From NCBI GenBank assembly GCA_002269645.1, contig NIVC01001898.1:48645-112644 (forward strand): a stretch of 64,000 nt of DNA. Direction: 5' to 3'. Positions 59,649-64,000 of this stretch are shown here, in pieces. The position numbers were made by a program, and so were the translations under genes. Below the pieces are notes generated by a model. It worked only from the letters and a program-made list of their open reading frames with translations. It did no database searches and was not told the origin of the DNA. The stretch is from Macrostomum lignano (lineage: Eukaryota). Position 1 is the first letter of the stretch. Each line of letters starts with the position of its first letter.

Positions 59649-61200
59649 CCTCGTTTCTTAGAAAAGTTTTGAAGGCACTTTTCCCGAAAAAAATACACTA
59701 CGGAGATAGGAAGTTTTCATTTTTTCAGCACAAAAAATGTTATTGCGTTTGATAGGAGGCAGATCCAGTGTTCATCTTTTGATATGTTGTGCCCTTTTTA
59801 TTGCTCTATCGATATTACAAAGCTTTTCGTTCAGAAAACTAGGATTCTATGTTAATTTTTTATTCTACGTACATTTCCTGTATCTAAAAATTACAAAAGT
59901 GCATGACACAGCTCCAATATTTGGTTTTATGAACCTGTTTTATCATCTCTGTTACAAATATTTGCTACACAGTCGGGTAAGAATGATAAAATAGACTCAT
60001 GAAACCAAAGAGCCGAGCTGTGGCATTCTAATGTAATTTCAAGCACAAGACACGCGAAAATATACGTAGATTAAAAAATTAACATACTCGTAGAATCCTA
60101 ATTTTCTGAACGAAAAGCTTTATAAATATCGATAGAGCAATAAAAAGGGTAAAAAAACATATCAAAAGATGAACACTGGATCTGCCTCCTATCAAACGCA
60201 ATAACAATTTTTGTGCTGAAAAAATGAAAACTTCCTATCTCCGTAGTGTATTTTTTTTCGGGAAAAAGTGCCTTCAAAACTTTTCTAAGAAACGAGGTTT
60301 CCCGTCCTTCTACTTAAGTCGTCCTTGGGCTATAGTAGGCCGCATCGCCGACATGTTAGCCAGCATGCCGGCACCCTTTTTGCTGGTTAATTAAAAAATA
60401 ATTGAGGCTTTAAAGTCAGACTTTTGGCCAGAAGAGCAAGCCATTGAATAAGTTATTATGTAGGTTAGTTCAGGTTATGAAACTGAACTCTTGTTTCTCG
60501 CAATTTACAATTGAGTAATTCGAGAATCACTCCTTACGCAATTTTGCCTTTACTGCATGGCCCATGCACCAACCCGTTCCTTATGTGTTTGATTGACAAT
60601 CGAGATGTAGCTGGTGATCCACGCGTGTTGCAAGGAAACTGTGCTCAGTACATGTTGACTGCATAAGATTCGTATGGAAAAAATAACAATATTCCCGATC
60701 GGTTAATGCACTGTATTTGGCCAAAAGAATTTCAAATCGAGACTCGAGCAGTCTGCTCGATTGCAGATAGAATAGCCGCCATGCGTGACGTCCGTTCAGG
60801 CAGGGAAGTTCGAGGACGATCGAGCTTGCATGCGCGCAGCTATGCATGAAAGTATAGTTGGGAGTTCTTCAATGCACTAGCAGAGACATGCAGCCACTGC
60901 AAGAGAGGGAGCCGGGCCAACGCGCTGGCTCTAAATTCCGCGCTCTAATGTCACGCCAGACTAGGCACCAGCTTGGAATCTGATTGCATTGGAAGCTCGA
61001 AAGTTGATCAATCTATTCGTCGGAAAAATTATTATGGTACTATACATAAAAGTGGTAAAATCAATTTTTTTGTACTTATTTTACAGTACATTATGCGGAT
61101 AGGTGATAATTTGCTTGTCAGAATAGGAGTTAATTTGTCCATTTGAATTTTCATAAATTTCTTTCAATCGAATTCTCAAATAGCCCGGATCATTGACTGA

Positions 61201-61887
61201 TCATTGATGCCAAAAGTCCATGGCTCCGAAGCAAAAATTGACAGCAATTGCCAGTAAAAGACAGACGCAGAGCAGTGTAGAGACGACTATTTGAGTAAAC
61301 AACGGCTCGGCGGTCTGCTGCTCCTCAGGCACGCTAGACGGAATCTGCGGTGGACAAGTGGTTGGGACTGTAGCATTGTCCAGACTGCTGGGGCTGTTGT
61401 CAGACTTCATTGTCGCGTTCTCAGCTCGACTGATCGATTCGAATTTGGCCACCAACTCACGAAATGTTGGTCGCGGTGATGGCGGCGACCTAGGAGGCGG
61501 CGAGATCGATGGAGGTTCGATCGGCATGGATGGCGGTGTCGCGTTGATGTTCTCGGCGACAGGCCGCGATTGAGCTAGCGACGTCCTGAAGCTGCTGCTT
61601 GTGCGCGTCGAGCCAACCGGTGATGACCCGCGGGTGGTGAAGGTGTTGAAATAGCGAACTGCGGCGGCAACCCGACCTATCGAAGCTGGAATCTGGGCGC
61701 TGAACTCGTCCGAATCGTCGTCTGTCGATGAAGCCAAAGACTGAGGCGAGATGGTCCAAGTGTGCGTCAGCCTGCCACTTTGATGATTGAACTTGCCTGC
61801 GCCAACTGACAGTGGGGTGGAACGCTGTCGAGGCGTCGGTGGCTGCTGAATGTAGTCTTTCTGAGGCTGTCTCGGAGTGGTTTGCAT
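61201..61887 (-). CDS. Orphan intronless Ser/Thr/Pro-rich protein with a C-terminal hydrophobic helix (228 aa)
   Basis: Non-repetitive ORF from ATG 61887; GC-rich within AT-rich flanks; ends IVVSTLLCVCLLLAIAVNFCFGAMDFWHQ*. Confidence 0.6.
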   Translation of the reverse strand: MQTTPRQPQKDYIQQPPTPRQRSTPLSVGAGKFNHQSGRLTHTWTISPQSLASSTDDDSDEFSAQIPASIGRVAAAVRYFNTFTTRGSSPVGSTRTSSSFRTSLAQSRPVAENINATPPSMPIEPPSISPPPRSPPSPRPTFRELVAKFESISRAENATMKSDNSPSSLDNATVPTTCPPQIPSSVPEEQQTAEPLFTQIVVSTLLCVCLLLAIAVNFCFGAMDFWHQ

Positions 61888-62534
61888 TGTCTCAAAGTCG
61901 GCTGGCTGAGGCTGACTGTGATTGTCGCGTCGACAGTCGATGGACAGTGAGACTAGGCAATCATGCTTTGAGTTGTTCTGCGATTGTCGAATTTTCAAAC
62001 CAGATGCGACAGCTGACCCACGATTAGGACAGTAACCAGAAGCCTGATGCCTGCAGTTTCAACGGGCGGTTGAGGTAGTCTTAAGACGGGCTCTTAAAGT
62101 TAAAGAGACACCGGTGGTAGCGAAAACCTTCATGCGACACATTGGGTGCAGCAATCGCCTTCTATGAGACAGTGGAATCAACAAACACCCTCTATGAGAC
62201 AGTGAAAGCACTTGGAACACTGTGTACAAAGGCGGGCTTACCTAGTGCTCGTAGCCGGAAGCAAAGGACGCATTTGGCTTGGCTGCAGTTGGAGTCGCAA
62301 TTGAGTCCTATAGTTGTGTTTTTTCAGTCTAGTAAAGATGTCATTTTTGGCAGTTAAGGTGATTTGTAGCTTAACTTGTAGAATTGATGATTTTAAAAAA
62401 TCTTTTGACAGCAAATAAAAATAAAAATGAAATCTTCCACTCTGTCTATGGTTTAAATTGGCTGTCTGCTATCAGATAAAGTCCATGTTCCAGAAACGGA
62501 ATTGTTTGCTGTCTCTTGAAGAAAATTCACAAGG

Positions 62535-63455
62535 GCCCTGTGGACTGTACAGTGTTGTCTCGTGTCTCTTAAAGCAGACCCACTGAGCCCTGTGGACTGT
62601 ACAGTGTTGTCTCGTGTCTCTTAAAGCAGACCCACTGAGCCCTGTGGAATGTACAGTGTTGTCTCTTGAACAAGACCCACTGAGCTCTGTGGACTGTACA
62701 GTGTTGTGCCTTGAACAAGACCCACTGAGCTCTGTGGACTGTACAGTGTTGTGCCTTGAACAAGACCCACTGAGCTCTGTGGACTGTACAGTGTTGTGCC
62801 TTGAACAAGACCCACTGAGCTCTGTGGACTGTACAGTGTTGTCTCTTGAACAAGACCCACTGAGCTCTGTGGACTGTACAGTGTTGTGCCTTGAACAAGA
62901 CCCACTGAGCTCTGTGGACTGTACAGTGTTGTGCCTTGAACAAGACCCACTGAGCTCTGTGGACTGTACAGTGTTGTCTCTTGAACAAGACCCACTGAGC
63001 TCTGTGGACTGTACAGTGTTGTGCCTTGAACAAGACCCTCTGAGCTCTGTGGACTGTACAGTGTTGTGCCTTGAACAAGACCCTCTGAGCTCTGTGGACT
63101 GTACAGTGTTGTCTCTTGAACAAGACCCACTGAGCTCTGTGGACTGTACAGTGTTGTGCCTTGAACAAGACCCACTGAGCTCTGTGGACTGTACAGTGTT
63201 GTGCCTTGAACAAGACCCACTGAGCTCTGTGGACTGTACAGTGTTGTGCCTTGAACAAGACCCACTGAGCTCTGTGGACTGTACAGTGTTGTGCCTTGAA
63301 CAAGACCCTCTGAGCTCTGTGGACTGTACAGTGTTGTGCCTTGAACAAGACCCACTGAGCTCTGTGGACTGTACAGTGTTGTGCCTTGAACAAGACCCTC
63401 TGAGCTCTGTGGACTGTACAGTGTTGTGCCTTGAACAAGACCCACTGAGCTGTGT
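62535..63455. repeat. 45-bp minisatellite (GTGTTGTGCCTTGAACAAGACCCACTGAGCTCTGTGGACTGTACA)
   Basis: Period 45, about 20 copies. Confidence 0.95.
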
Positions 63456-64000
63456 GCACTGTGTGGCTTTCGACTACAAACTGAACACAAAGCTTTCAAG
63501 CACTGAAGTAACTACGAGAGTTTTTCAATTCTTTATTTCACAGCAAGGCGAGCTACAAAGTAACAGCTCGACAGTTCAAAGCAAAAGAACTTCGATTGAG
63601 AAACAATTTGACAAAAGAATCTGTATACTCAAGCTGCCAGTGATGACGAATGAGATTTGTTAAGAACAGAACATGAGAAAGAGACGGGCAATGAATGGAA
63701 TTTGATTCAGTTGGAGACCCTCATTACGGTCACGGTGTGTGAGAGAGAAGCAGCGGATTCAGTGGCCCATAGGGACGGCTAGAGTTGCCAAGGACCTGCT
63801 TTGGAACAAGCAAAATTCGGCTCTGATGGGGTGATTAGGGAGACGGCAGAATAGGCAGGGGGAGCTGCAGGAAGTTGCTTGCCTGGACTGTGTTGGACTT
63901 GTCTGACTCGCGGTCGATAGAAAAACTCCTCAATGGTAAGAGATGACTAATTTCAGCTCGCTCGCTGGCTAACTTTCTTTTATATTTTTTCAGTCCCTGG

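Larger units (their letters stand above)
55071..60327. mobile_element. About 709-bp MITE with about 260-bp TIRs and 8-bp TSD (P- or hAT-type), interrupted by the Gypsy element
   Basis: Termini CAAGGACGACTTAAGTAGAAGGACGGGAAACCTCG and its exact inverse at 60293-60327. The left arm continues at 59654-59875, matching 60057-60292. TSD GGCTATAG at 55063-55070 and 60328-60335. Confidence 0.92.

Noticed and set aside
62535-63663. CRISPR-like or repeat-protein interpretation of the 45-bp array
   Set aside because: Units are contiguous and near-identical with no unique spacers, there are no cas genes, and the context is eukaryotic.

Overview
Eukaryotic (animal) genomic DNA: GC-rich spliced exons among many distinct minisatellites and nested transposons. 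The style resembles the flatworm Macrostomum lignano, but this is an inference I cannot confirm. Three spliced host genes lie head-to-tail on the minus strand: SUGP1 (42297-45958, 7 exons), MRPL10 (36247-about 41078) and an unnamed WD40-repeat gene (23236-31323). There is also a plus-strand two-exon gene for a small secreted single-WSC-domain protein (34398-34864) and an intronless orphan ORF with a C-terminal hydrophobic anchor (61201-61887). Mobile DNA includes a very young Mag-type Ty3/Gypsy element (55106-59648, 5-bp TSD) nested in the TIR of a MITE with an 8-bp TSD, a decayed THAP-bearing P element with TIRs and TSD (48354-50219), two more 8-bp-TSD/P-type MITEs, a piggyBac remnant, a CORE-like tRNA SINE, a LINE 3' fragment and a foldback element. 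The best leads are: (1) the Gypsy copy has no PPT and a 3' LTR lacking its first 12 nt although both outer ends are intact; (2) its gag-pol frame is broken by one in-frame TAA inside a consensus-like 63-nt GT-AG intron; (3) one 23-bp minisatellite sits in inverted orientation in neighbouring introns of SUGP1 and MRPL10; (4) acceptor-like sites lie 41-44 nt upstream of all three minus-strand ATGs, a trans-splicing/operon-like pattern. Most long ORFs in the supplied track are artefacts of tandem repeats. Exon models and coordinates were read by eye; repeat boundaries are approximate.
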